A DNA stretch of 64,000 nucleotides, taken from Takakia lepidozioides (Eukaryota; Plantae; Bryophyta). The notes under the pieces are model-generated. The model ran no database searches and was not told the origin of the DNA. It worked only from the letters and a program-made list of their open reading frames with translations. The position numbers and the translations under genes are program-made. The DNA lies in the NCBI GenBank assembly GCA_030704615.1, contig CM060732.1:74400001-74464000 (forward strand), given 5' to 3'. Positions 12,230-25,105 of the stretch are shown here, one piece after another. Position 1 is the stretch's first letter, and each line of letters begins with the position of its first letter.

Positions 12230-14275
12230 TTACCAAGGGTGTGCTGCTCATATCTTTGATTTTCTTTTGGAGGATTGGGGAAAAGAATCATGGATTAAAC
12301 AACTAGTAAAAAGGGCAAAGTCGGTTGTGATGTTCATTCGTACACATCACATCCCTCTGGCATTATTTAGAAAGCATGAACCCAAATATAGCCTTAGGAA
12401 CCCGGATGAAACCCGCTTTGCCACAAACTTTTTGATGGTGGATCGACTGGTGACTGTGAAGGCGGGTTTGGAGCAGGTGATCATTGACCCTCAATGGGAT
12501 GCGTATGTGGGCACCTTACGCGACCCTGGTAAGTCCAAGTCTTTGAGCAAAAGTCAGAGGGCCCGCGCAATCATTCGCTCCGACAATTTCTGGGCGAAAT
12601 TGTAAATTTTGGGTACATGGTGGAGTCGGTTGATTGCTTTGCGGGAGTTTGATGGAAAACAACCAATAATGGGTAAAGCATGGTTGATATTGGAAAATCT
12701 TGAGAAGCACGTGCAATCCTTGAGGCGTCCTCCATTTTCTATGGAGGATGATTTGGCGGCAATGACCGAGGATGCTTTACGACCGCAAACGGATGGTTCG
12801 CACGGACTTGCATTATGTGGGGGCCTTGTTGAATCCATTCTTGCTGGACAATACGGATTTGAAAGACGATGTGGATGCCAAAGTCGGGCTTGTACGGGTC
12901 ATCATGCAACTTGCGCCCTTGAACATGGCAGAGCAAACGTTGTCCGAGTACCAGTGCTTCTCGGATTGGCAGAATCATTTCCATGACATGCCGGATCTAG
13001 AAGCAATGAACATGTTGCCACATGAATGGTGGGATCTGATTGGAGCTGGAGCAAGAACGTTAGCTCCCATTGCAAAGCGTATTCTTGCTCAAGTGTGCTT
13101 TGCCTCGTCCTGTGAGCGGAACTGGGGCAATTACTCGTTTGTTCACATCAAGATTCGCAACAGGTTGAATCATGCCAGGGCTGACAAATTGGTTTATGTC
13201 TACACGAATTGTAGGCTACTGCAAGAGAGGAGAGCAAGTGACGCATCTGTATGGTACGAGAAGAATCTGTTGTCTGAAGAATCTGCCTCAGAGGCCCAAT
13301 CTAGCAGCAATGATGACATTGACGCCGCGAGGGACTCCGACTCCGACGGTTGGGATGGGTCCGATGATGTGGGCAATCCTCCACATGATCCATATGAATT
13401 TAATGACGATGATGCTGCAATGCATCTATTCTTCGATGACCTTGTTGTTGATGAACTGCGACATGGTGTCATCCCAATTGCGGACCCCCTTCCCCCAGTG
13501 GAGCACACTCTCAACAATGTAGTTGAGGTCAACTCTCCCCCACCACGAGTTCCACGGACTGCGGGAGATATGCAAGTCGAATCGTCGGATGATGACAACC
13601 GGCCATTGTCATTCCTTCACCGACATCGTGCCTCTGTGAACCGTGCTTCATCTCATTCCGCTCCATCTCATGTTTCTCTTTCTCAAGCTGGTCCATCCCA
13701 TGCCGGTCCATCTAGTCTCTCTCCCCCTCATGTAATTCCTTCCATCGCTACTCCGATCCTGGGAGATGGTTCTTCTGCTGCGGGACTTCTGCAAGTCGAA
13801 CCATCGGATGACGACGACCGGCCATTGTCGTTTCATCTAGCCCGACGGTCTGCATGTGAACCGTGCTCCCTCGACCCTCGCTGGTCCATCTCATGCCCCT
13901 TCCTCTCATGTCGGCCCCTCTGATGTACGTGCGAGTAGCCTTCCTCATACGAGACCTGCTCCCAGGCCACCACGAAATCCGGGACAAACCCAGAAACGGT
14001 AGAGAATTGTGCAACCTTTTGTTGGTGACCGACCTGTGAACAAGTCTGATACCCTAGATGGTATTCATGATAGGAGTGGAAATCGACCAGAGAGACAATT
14101 GAACGTACTTCGAGGACGACTACAGGTCCAACGGTCAGTTGCCTCTGGAAACGAAAGAACAGATGGAGATCATGATTCTAGCACTAATCATGGGAACGGG
14201 GGTGAAGTGAGTGGGGACGAAGATTTTGTACTAGACGTGAGATCATACCATCGTCGTCGTGCCAGACGGAATTAG
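12230..14275 (+). pseudogene. hAT transposase (N-terminally deleted, stop at 12603-12605 and frameshifts)
   Basis: CAAH (CxxH) motif, ETRFATNFLM, and dimerisation domain WWDLIG..LAPIAKRILAQVC..SSCERNW..YSFVH.KIRNRL...RADKLVYVY followed by an acidic tail. Confidence 0.92.
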
Positions 14276-14595
14276 ATACAGCCATAACTTCTGTGACCTG
14301 TCACATGATGTGTAGTATGTTTCCTTGGATATCCATGTTTCAGTTTGGGTACATGCATACGTGTACGGAAATAAAAATGGTGGAATATGTGTACCCAAGA
14401 AAGGGTTTGGTGGTGTGCGTGTGTTTGTGTTTCGTCATTACCTTTACGTTGTTGATTTCCTATTATGGTTTCGAAAGCCACAAAGGCCAGGTGCAGCTCC
14501 CAACATTCATCTTCCCCTTCACAAATCCATAGGGAGTCGATACATGTGCTTTTCATCTGCCTCTCCAAATATACATACAGGTGCAAGGGGACCAA

Positions 14596-15500
14596 CCTCC
14601 TGGTGGTCGCACCTATTTTTTTAAAAACAATTGTGTGACAACCAGTAGCGGTCGTCGCAACTGTTAAAATAAAAGAAAAATGTTGCGACCACCCCCCTGC
14701 TGGTAGTCGCACCTATTTATTGATTACCCATGCTGGTGGTCGCAGATTTTTATTTTTTTATTTTTATTTTTTATTTTTTTTGGGAAACACCTGGGAGCGA
14801 TAGCTCACAAATCAGGCCCCTTAGTAGTGAGAGGAGAAAATAACCTCTTTTATTTATGCGCCAAGAGGCGTAGGAATGGGGCACCACACACGAACCATAC
14901 CACACCCATCAAGTAGCAAGATTTGATCCCAGAATCGTCCGGGTCGCACTCAGTGCACTTAACCAACTGAGCTACTGACTGTTGGTAGATATTAAAAAAA
15001 CGGAAAATTCTGCGACCACCCCCCTGCTGGTGGTCGCATCTATTAAAGAAAAGAAAAATAGTGCGACCACCAGCAGGTGGTGGTCTCACCTATTTGTTTT
15101 AAACAAAATTTGTGTGACCACCCCTCTGCTGGAGGTCACGCCTATTAAAAAAAAGAAAAATTATGCGACCACCTCCCTGCTGGTGGTCGCACCTATTAAA
15201 AATAAAAAAATCTGCGACCCCCCCCCTTGCTAGTGGTCGCACCTATTAAAAAAGATAAACAAATCTGCGACCACCCCCCTGCTGGTGGTCGCACCTATTA
15301 AAAAAGATAAACAAATCTGCGACCACCCCCTGCTGGTGGTCGCACCCATTAAAAAAAAAAAAAAAAATCTGCGACCACCCTCCTGTTGGTGGTCGCACCT
15401 ATTAAAAAAATAAAAATTCTGCGACCACCCCCCTGCTGGTGGTCGCACCTATTAAAAAAAATAAAAATTTTGTGACCACCCCCCTGCTGGCGGTCGCAGC
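14596..15500 (+). repeat. Palindromic tandem array 1, unit TGCGACCACCCCCTGCTGGTGGTCGCA + A-rich spacer
   Basis: More than a dozen units of ~50 bp, interrupted by the SINE at 14747-14986. Confidence 0.95.
14747..14986 (-). mobile_element. tRNA-derived SINE (copy 2)
   Basis: Minus strand reads TAGCTCAGTTGG (A box), GGGATCAAATC (B-box-like), GAGGTTATTTTCTCCTCTCACTAC, then an A-rich tail. Possible short TSD AGAT(T/A)TT. Confidence 0.8.
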
Positions 15501-15924
15501 TATTACTAGCGTGCGCAGTCATGATGACAGCGCGCGCCCCGAGTGTGGAGGGGGGGCTTATAAGGCCTTGGAGGCCATTCTCTCCCTCACTTTCCTCCAC
15601 ACCAGGACTTGGTGGGCGATGGGATGTTGCATTCATTGTCATTGAGTCCAAGTGGAGAGGGGTGCTATTGGTTGGGTGGGGGATATTTTGGGCCATGCGA
15701 TTCTACGAATTCGATGCTGAGTACCTCCCGGGAAGCCCCCCTCTGACACCCACGTTTTTTTCATTGCACATTGCGTCATTTCTCTTAGTACTGCCGAGGG
15801 AGTGACACGTGTCTCTAGTACCTGAGGAGGATTCATTAGGGAGTAGGATTCGAGGATTCAGGAGGGTTGGGAAAGCATTTTTCTTAGCAAACACCTGTCG
15901 CGTAGGGGTAAGCCAGAGCCATAA

Positions 15925-18470
15925 ATGGCGGAGGAGAAAGACATAGGAGATCATCCCAGGGATGACGATAATGAACCTGGACCTCCAAAAAAGAAACCAA
16001 AAAGGGTCAGGCGCGAACTCGTTGGGACATATACGATGACCCCAATATTCTTGCGGAACCAGGTTAGGAAGTTTGGAAGTTGGGGCAGCGGTGGTCGCTT
16101 GGTGACTGCATGAAATTTGTGGACTGATGTCACATAAATCGTTTGTGGCCCAGAGATAGGCATGATCTACAAACCAAACAAAATCAAGCTAGCTTGCATT
16201 CCTGCGTCAACCCGCATTTCCGCCACAGGGCAGAGGAGATACATACAACATTGTGGGGCCAACTGCTCGTGAACAACAAGGTCCCGTATTTATTTGCGGC
16301 CATGTTGTACACATAGTTGATTTTATGTCGACTGGTGGATTGACAAACTGCCACTGCGAGATAGCGTACTAGACTATACATGTTCTCTGATATCCCAGAG
16401 TTGTATATACGTCAGGGGGAGGACATCATATGGTTCGATGGAAACGACGAGGTGGAAGAAGGAGGAAATGCAGACCAACCTCCAGATTATACGCTTCAAC
16501 AGGTCTCCGCAGCCGGGCCTTCAACGTCTGAGGTGGAGGGGGGCGAGGTACGCTCTCCATTGGAGGAACAGTTGGCCGCACATGAACAGCACATCAAAGA
16601 CCTGCATGACATTGTTCATTTGCAACGGTGGCAAATAGCAAAGTTGCTGGAAAGAATGGGGTTGGGGACTCTCGACAGCATACGCGGTATGCTTCAGGAC
16701 CCGAGGCCAATCACCAATGAGCAAGATATATTGGCGCGTTTGAATATGCCACCAATGGACATTGACTGCGTCATCGACGGGGTTGACTCAATCAGGCATA
16801 GAAAAGAAGTGCAAACGTCTGAACTGAACCCGGCGAGGGATGAGGAAAGAAAGACTTGCGGCGGAGATGGCAAGAAAAGGGAAGGACCCCATAGTGGAAA
16901 CTGAGGAATGTTCAGCCGTGCAATTTACATCGGCCCAAGAACAGGAATTAGAGCAGCTTGTGGGGGAACACGAGCAAGCTAGGGCTGTTGTATAACGGTA
17001 CTCAAATGTCATGCAAATCCGATCGTGGCCATGGTTGAAGGGGAATTGGCGGAATTGGGTGACATGGGCGAGCCATCTAGCATCGCGGGAAACACGGATA
17101 GAGAAGCTTGTCCTCCCTCCAACGTGTAGCACGTTTGTCGAATCGAAGCGTAGATAGCCTCTATGCTAATTTGCAAAGGCACGACACTGTGCGTGATGTA
17201 TTCACGTCGAAGTACACTGGATTCACCATATGGGGTGATGTGCATGCCATGTTTGAGCACTGTGTGCATACAATTTATGATACCAATAACAACATAAACG
17301 GATTTGGAAAGTAGAGGAGGAGTGGGACACCAGGCCGAGGATGTTCATCCTATATTAATGAGGATAAACGGACGTAGATACCACAGAGCAATCCAGCGTC
17401 ATGGGTAACAAATGGTACGGTGTGCACAATGGACCTAAACCGTTATGTACCGGAGGGATGCTATATGCTTGGTTATATGGCCATTTGTTCATCCCACATG
17501 TCTCATATCGGCAGCCATGCGAGCCAGCCAATGCCCTGACTGCCGTGGACCAATCATCAACGTTTCTACGAGTTGTTGGGTTGCAAGACAATATGCCCAC
17601 GGATACGGATACAACTGGACGAGTACAACTGGTACAACATGCCATTGGATGTATCGCCTTACGATTTTGAAATTGACAAACACTGGGGGGAGACAATGAC
17701 ATGGGATTGCTCCAAGAGAGATGCACGCCTTGGATGCGAAGACGAACTAGGGTTAAAGACCCGTGGTGCTTTTGGGTGACATCCAACGGGGAAATAACCA
17801 TGCGTGCTAGAGGCATACGGGACCCAGTCCAAAGGGAGAGGTTTTTTTGCCGGAACTTGGGAGGGCATTGGAGCTGTACCAGACAAAGATTCTTCCGACT
17901 GCTGAGGATCCGTGTGGTGCCAACGAAAAACGACCCATACAATCGCGAACCGATTGGGAGAGACCTATTTCTGAGGGAGTTGGAGGCCGCTAGCATCCGT
18001 TGGGAGGATATGAATGAGATGTTGTACTGGGTGCCTCGTCGGGACTGAGATGATAGGCCATTTCTTCCAGAGTTGCGCGGAGGAGACCCATAGCAGGAGG
18101 AGGTGTTGGACAATTTCAAGGCTGCCATCACGAGTGTGTTCTGAAGTATGGCAGAACACTTGGCTGAACAAAGTTTGCCCCTATTCCAGGGAGTGTTCTT
18201 GCCACTTCCAAACATATCGATTGATTTAATTGAAAAATGCATGTAGCCGTCGTAGCAAAAGCGACACACTCGGCTTTGGCAAAATGTGGAAGAGAGTCAG
18301 CACTCGCCTAGAACGCTACGCATAATGGCAAGGGTGGACCACACAACACTAGGTCCCTCTTTGACCACTCGAGCTCTCCGTACTGGTGGAGGCACGTCCT
18401 CTACACCCGGTAGCATCTTCATCAACATCTGGAGATGACGACAACGAAGTAATAGTCTAGATGAAGATGA
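15925..18470 (+). pseudogene. Decayed unknown cargo gene 1 in the hAT element
   Basis: ATG 15925, NLS-like PPKKKPKRVRR, segment EEIHTTLWG..V..LFAAMLY..LIL.RLVD(W), coiled-coil-like 16380-16904, several stops and frameshifts. TATA-like TTATAAGG near 15558. Confidence 0.5.
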
Positions 18471-18569
18471 CTAGAAAGGCTAGAACTAGGGAGTAGGCCA
18501 AAGGTCTCAGATTGCGAAAACTTAAATGTGCAACCCACTGTATAGTCTACGTAATTTTTGAAAATTACG

Positions 18570-21500
18570 AGGTTCATCCTTGGAACCATTTTTTAATGAC
18601 CTCATACTTGTTCGGTACTGTTTTTGACGGAATGTACAATATACTGGCAAAGTTCAAAACAATCAAAAATTGCTGAATGAATATACCATTGGTTCACCCC
18701 ATTGCAATATTTTAAATCAAACTCATTTATTGTCGGTACCTTTAAGAGGGCATGTACAAGGCAATGATGGCAAAGTGTGAAAGCATTCAGAAATCGCACA
18801 TCAAGTAACCATTGGTTCTCTCTGTGAACCATTTTTTATTTATCTCATACTTGTCCGGCCATGTAATGTAAGAGGCATGTAGAACATACTGGCAAAATTT
18901 TCAAATCATTCAAATTTTTTTTATCAAGAACTTTTGGTTTATCCTTTTCACCATTAACCCTTAAGTCCCAAGCCCTCTTTTTGACCTTTTTACCAATTTT
19001 GGGTACCCAGCTGCAGTCAATTGCCCCTAGAAACTACCAAAATTATCCACAGATTCCAGCCTTATAGCATGGGCCCAGCTCATTTATGCATGACCATACC
19101 AAAAATGAGCCAAGTTCACCGTGGAAATTGTGAGATTTTATAGCGTTGGCCGGACCTCAAATATCAGGGTCCCAAAGAAAAGGGTTATATGTAAAAAAAA
19201 TAGGTTTGACCAAATCAAAAACTTAGCTTTCTCCAATTTTGCTTGCCCCAAGACCACCATTTCCAAAATCAATAGTGGAGTGGCCATGACCCCACTAAAT
19301 TGCAGGTCCAAATGATTTTTTCACTATATGCTTGTTATTCATGCAATTACATGGGGGTGAAATCTCAAAATTGACAACAGAAAGTGCCTCCAAATAAAGT
19401 ACTTTTTTTTTCTACAAAAATTTTTTAAAAGCTAACGGTGGATGTGTGTATTTGTAATGCTCACACACCACCGAGGTGAAGTGTTTTTTCCAAAATTGCT
19501 AATTTCTGCCAAAAATGGCCTTTGGAGTGCAATCTGTTTTGGGCTTGTTTACCTGCCACGTCAGCGGTCAACAGCCCTTTTCAGGCCCCAAAACGTAAAT
19601 TAAAGATCTAAGATATTTTTTGTAAGTCGCAGCTTTTGTTTTTTTTTAATTTTGTTTTTTGTGATCATACTCGAGACAAATCCCTTGTCATTAAAGCTCA
19701 GGAGTGGGCCCCATCAGATTAATCTGCAAAAATTAGGTCGAACTGCAAATTCAAAGTGACACCGATTCAGGTTGCTTGGGAACTTAAGGTTAACGATTAA
19801 GCACAATAAATGAACATACGCAAAATCATTTGCCTCCAAATGATTGTGGTTCGCTTTGAGACTTGGCCAGTATCTTCAATGTACCATGGAAGAGGCCCCA
19901 GAGTAATATGAGATCAATCGAAATTCGTTCAATGGGCCAATGGATGGTTGCCCATCCAAATGATATTCGTTCGCTTTGAGACTTGGCCAGTGTGTTCAAT
20001 GTACCCTTTGATAGGTCCCAGTGTAATATGAGATCAATCGAAAATTCGTTCGATGGGCCAATGAGGCGTTCAGTTGTCATCGTTTTTGTTTTTTTCATTG
20101 CGAAAAAGAAATCCGCACACTGCAATGCGTGCACGGCTATTGCACCCATTGAACGGATGTGGTCGTTTGAAGCCCCTCTTTTGCCCACATTGTGCTTGAA
20201 CATGTGTGCAACACATGTACGGAGACACAACGACGAAGAAATTCATTTGCCTCCCCATCGACACCAAGCCATTCCATAATGTAATTGAATTTAATTAATT
20301 TTAAGCCAATAAATAGGTTTGCACTGCCTTTCATTGGGGTGTTTTGGCACGTATCGATTTTGTTTTTGGCTCAATTTTTTCTGCGGCTTCCAGCATCCCA
20401 CCACTACTCCCCCGCCAAAATTTGGACCAATAAAAAATGCCCCCAAAAAAAAAATGTTCTTCGCTCACTATGCAGAACTCTCTAAGGAAGAGTGCATGGA
20501 GTGATGAACACAAATCAAGTTTGGAGAGCAAACTGTGAATAAAACTGTGGTTTGGGTCCAAATGAATTATGTTCGCTCCCAAATTTGGCACGCACGTTGC
20601 ATAGGGCCTAATTACATGCCCCATTTAAAAACCGAATGAAAAAAAAAAAAAAATAGTGACACGCCGAAACATAGTCCCAAAGGGTCCCAAAGCAATAGCA
20701 ACGGATGGTTGGCCATCGAGATGATTTTGGTTCACTTTGAGACTTGGCCAGTATGTTCAATGTGTCATGGACGAGGCCCCAGAGTAATATGAGATCAATA
20801 TAAATTCGTTCAATGGGCCGACGGATGGTTGCACATCCAAATGATTTTTATTTGCTTTGAGACTTGGCCAGTGTGTTCAATGTACCCTCTGATAGGTCCC
20901 AGTGTAATATGAGATCATCGTTAACGAGTAATCACGAATCATCCAACATGGAACTGTTGGTTCACCCTTCGAACCATTTAACATTGACATCATACTTGTC
21001 CAACAACTTTAAGAGGGCAGGTACAATACACTCGCAAAGTTTCAAATGAATCCAAATCATTTGTCAGGGGAATTATTGGTTCACACACCCATAGCCAATT
21101 TCAGGGGCTGAAAAATTGCCATTTATGGGGCTCGAATTGCCAATTTCAGGGGCTGAAACTGCCATTCCAGGGGCTGCACTAGCAATTGCCATTTCACAGG
21201 CTACTGATGCAATTTTAGGGGCCGGAATTGTCATTTCAATGGGTCTAGAAGTGGAATTTCAGGTGTTGGAATTACATTTCAGGGCTTCAATTGCAATTTG
21301 AGGGTTGGAATTAACAATTTCAAGGCTCAAATTCAATTTGAGGGGCCGGCCGGGGTTGGTTTTTTAGGACTGGCATTACCAATTTTAGGGCTTGAATTGC
21401 ATTTTGAATTGTAATTCAAGTGTTACAATGGGCCATTGGTGGCTAGACTTACCAAAGCAATGACATCCAAAGCGATATAAAATCATTGATAGCGGAATTG

Positions 21501-22715
21501 ATTGGTTCACCCTTTCAACCATTTTTTATTCACTCATACTTGTCCAATACTTGTAGGAGGGCATATGGCTGACACTTGCAAAACTTCAAAGCAATGTAAA
21601 TCATTGATAGGGGAACAATTGGTTCACCCTTTCAACCATATTTTACTAACCTCATACTTGTCCGGTATCTTTAAAATGGCATATGAAAGAACACTTGCAA
21701 AGCTTTAAAGCACTCCAAAATCATTTGATATGTTCATGATTGATTCACCCTTTTAACCATTTTAGATTGATTTGAAACTTTGAAAGACTTGTAAGAGGGC
21801 ATGTACAAGACACTTGCAAAGTTTCAAATCAATTTAAAAATCATTTGGTAGGGGGACGATTGGTTCACTCTTTAAACCATTTTAGATTGATGTCATACTT
21901 CTCAAAGACGTGTAAGAGGGCATGTAGAAGACACTTGCAAAGTTTCGGAGCAATAAAATATCATTTCATCGGGGAATTTCCGTTCACTCTTTCATCCATT
22001 TTGAATTGAACTGGATTTTTACTAAATCAAAATGATTTAGAGGGCATAGGATTGTGGGGCGCATGATTTTGTTTTTAGCTTGATTTTTGTCCTGTGAGTT
22101 GAACCCTACACCACCACATCCTTGCCAAAAAATGTACCAAAGAAAAATGTTTGGAAAAAAACGTTCATCTCATTTTGCTCTATGCTCACTATTGCAGAAC
22201 TCTCTATGAAGAGTGCATGAAGTTGAAGATAACTTCACCTTGGAGTGCAAATGAGGGAATAAAATGTGTTTTGAATGCAGACGATGTCTGTTCATGGTGA
22301 TATTTTTCATGCAACTCTTCATGTTGTTATCAAGCATATGACTTTATAATGGAATTAAAAACAATTCATGTGCAGGTGAAAGGTTGTTTTTCCTTATGAA
22401 TTTGAATAACCGATTCAAACAACTTTGTTGAAGTTCAACTTTGGTCCATATGTGCTTAAGTACGTACAAATCACGTACACAAAGTTGCAAGCGAAGATAT
22501 AATCATTTGCCCCCCGAACGACTCGTTAAACCTTTCAACCAACTTTCAATCATGAATCATTTAATAGGGGAACTATTGGTTCACCTTTAGAACCATTTTA
22601 GATTGACCTCATACTTGTCCGGTAACTTAAAGATGGCATGTACAACACACTCCCAAAGTTTCAAATCAATCTAAAATCATTTGGCAGGGGAACGATTGGT
22701 TCACCCATTGACCCG
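18570..22715 (+). repeat. AT-rich complex tandem repeats (TTGGTTCACCCTTT.AACCATTTT / TCATACTTGTCC / GGGCATGTACAAGACACTTGCAAAG units; ~120-bp GAGACTTGGCCAGT units x4; AATTTCAGGGGCT minisatellite at ~21095-21400)
   Basis: Directly visible recurring units. Confidence 0.8.
18958..19789. mobile_element. piggyBac-like non-autonomous element (MITE), 832 bp
   Basis: TTAA at 18954-18957 and 19790-19793. Left TIR CCCTTAAGTCCCAAGC; right TIR reverse complement CCTTAAGTTCCCAAGC. Removing it restores a host repeat-like unit (ACCATTAAC.ATT). Confidence 0.75.
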
Positions 22716-22739
22716 GTGTACACTGTCAGTCTTCAAGAT

Positions 22740-23995
22740 TCGTGGATGTGGTGCTTGATTATCCCATATGATGGACCCAGGTGCCATGGCCAAGTAACAA
22801 ACCATTAAAACATTATGGTACGAGACAAACACAATTGAAAACAACATTTAAACCACGTTGTATATTTTCGAGAGCAGAGACAAGACGATAAAGACTCTCG
22901 CATATAGATGGTGGATTGCACCTGAAATTGTAATTATTCATAATGTAGCCAACAACCAGTCAGATGGTACACCTCGTAGGCCCCCTCTAACCGTGCCATC
23001 AGAGACCTTTGCAATTGGGAAGATAGACCAGGCAATAAATGGGGGTAACACGTTCGATGCAAGTCTGTTCAACGATATGTCTACTGGAACCTGTTTTGCT
23101 TCCGCTATGGAAAACTTGTGTGTAGACACAGTAGAGTTGCGGTACAAACTAGAAAATGTTGTGAAGCGTTTCATGACCGGTCTATTCAATTGGCCTGAGC
23201 CCAAAAATTGTTGGAGGATAGATAGAAACTTGTAGACCTCTGACTGTACATCATGTTTGAATGCATTTCCTGCTCCGTCCCCCGTCGTTCCATTAACTTC
23301 ATGTTATCCCGATCATTCCCCCATTTCCTATCAATACTCAACCATGATCGTATGGTCCCCCCATTCTACCAATGTCTGTAACCTTCATTTCGACGTGGAT
23401 GCAACGCAAAATACTTTATGATGCCGAAATGATGGAACTTTACAGCCAACGCCTCATTGTTATGTTGGACTTTGGCAAGCTCAGCATTTGTTTCCCTGGG
23501 CGTTTTCCCTGCTAGCTCCCAAGATGGAGGAATGAATTGATCCCCAACAATTCTAACCCTCCGAATTGTACCATACCCTCGCTATTTGGGCGCGTCGAGT
23601 TGTTATACATGTGCGTTTGTGGATATGTATCTCACGTTCAATGCCGCATCCGCGGACGAGGACCCTGCCTTCCATGGGAGTGGTTTTGTACGTCGTTTGG
23701 CGTGGGCCTTTCCCATGTCAGACCACCAATCCACAAGCACAAACAACTCCTCCTCCGAAGTTGGCATGCGACCTTCAGCTACATGTGTTCTCGTAACAAA
23801 CTTGTCCATGGTTTGCCTCAGATTCCATATGGCATCATGGACCTGGTCCTCCATCCATTTCGTGAACTGGAACTTTGCCATGTCTTTTTTGTTGACCTGA
23901 CTATCCCGTTCCTGTGCATGTTTACGCTTCCTACCTTTACGCCCACTTCCCGAGGAACCCCCTAACACTGCGTTCGAAGCAACGTTTCCGGACAT
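22740..23995 (-). pseudogene. Decayed unknown cargo gene 2 in the hAT element (convergent with gene 1)
   Basis: ATG 23995, NLS-like GRKGRKRKH, segment EDQVHDAIW...DKFV...M..EEELFVLVDWW, open to 23603 then disrupted. TATA (TATATAAG on minus) near 24285-24292. Confidence 0.5.
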
Positions 23996-24349
23996 GATGA
24001 AAGTACTCTGCGAAATAGACGTGGCTTCGTAACGGAAAACTAAACCCAGACTATTGATAACATTATATACTAGCAGACCAATTTCCTCACCCTCTATTGG
24101 TATAGTACCCAAAGCAAACTCTCCCGCAGTCCCAGGAAAAAAAGGCAAAAACTGCTCCCCCACATAAATCCACTTTCTCCCCCCCCCCACGCTCAGTCCT
24201 GGCCACCGAAGTTCAAACTCCAAGAAGCCCCAGAACCGCACTCACAGAGAGGGAAAAAAGTGGGTTGGGAATGAGGGGTAGACCCTTATATACTGCCTGG
24301 AGAGGCCTGACGTGCTGCCCATTTACGCCTCACCACGTGTCCAGGGAGC

Positions 24350-24868
24350 GGTCACACCTAATAACAAAAAAGAAAATGTGCGACCCCCCATAAGTGGTCG
24401 CACCTAATAACAAAAAAGAAAAAGTCTGCGACCACCACCAGCTGGTGGTCGCACCCATTTAAAAAATAATTAAAAATGTGCGACCATCCCCTGCTGGTGG
24501 TTGCACCCATTTAATTTTTAAAAAAAAAATGTGCGACCATCCTCTGCTGATGGTCGCACCTATTTAAAAAAAATGAAAAAGTTGCGACAACCATCTGCTG
24601 GTGGTCGCACCTATTTTTTTTTAAATAAAATAAATTGCGACCAACACCTGCTGGTGGTCACACCCAATTTTAAGAAAAGAAAAAATGTGCGACCACCCTC
24701 TGCTTGTGGTCGCACCTATTAAAAAAAATGAAAATGCTGTGACCACCACCTGCTAGTGGTCGCTCCCATTTAAAAAATAAGAAAAATGTGCGACCACCCC
24801 CTTCTGGTGGTCGCACCTATTTTAAAAAAATAAAAATTTGTCCGACCAACCTTTGCTGACGGTCGCAT
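24350..24868 (+). repeat. Palindromic tandem array 2 (same unit and orientation as array 1)
   Basis: About ten TGCGACC...GGTCGCA units with A-rich spacers. Confidence 0.95.
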
Positions 24869-25105
24869 GATTGACAATATAAATCATAATATATGAATTT
24901 TACAGATAATTAATAAAGTCCACGTAATGAGGCCACATCGGTTGCCACGTCGGTTCTCATAATAAATAGTCAATAGTAAAGTAAAAAAATAAACATATTT
25001 ATGTACAGTAACGTCGGTTTAGGACGTGACGTGACGCACGTCCGTTGCTGACGTCGGACGTGACGCTGACGCGTCAACGCCATGTCACGTCCAAATTTGC
25101 AACTA

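Larger units (their letters stand above)
12035..25105 (+). mobile_element. ~13-kb hAT-superfamily DNA transposon derivative with cargo
   Basis: Splits the LINE at TGCCTTGG, leaving TACCTTGG (12027-12034) and GGCCTTGG (25106-25113) as an 8-bp TSD with one mismatch each. Imperfect ends CAGGTTGCA / TGCAACTA and ACGTCACGTC-rich subtermini at both ends. Contains hAT transposase. Confidence 0.8.

Noticed and set aside
14596-15500. CRISPR-like array of ~28-bp palindromic repeats (also 24350-24868)
   Set aside because: Spacers are near-identical A-rich linkers rather than unique sequences, repeats are degenerate, there are no cas genes, and the context is a eukaryotic transposon.
17355-18269. 304-aa minus-strand ORF
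   Set aside because: No recognisable motifs; likely the antisense shadow of decayed plus-strand cargo gene 1.
14596-24868. Arrays 1 and 2 as long TIRs of a MuDR-like element with convergent genes
   Set aside because: The asymmetric loop and spacer show both arrays in the same orientation; no 9-bp TSD or MuDR transposase between them.
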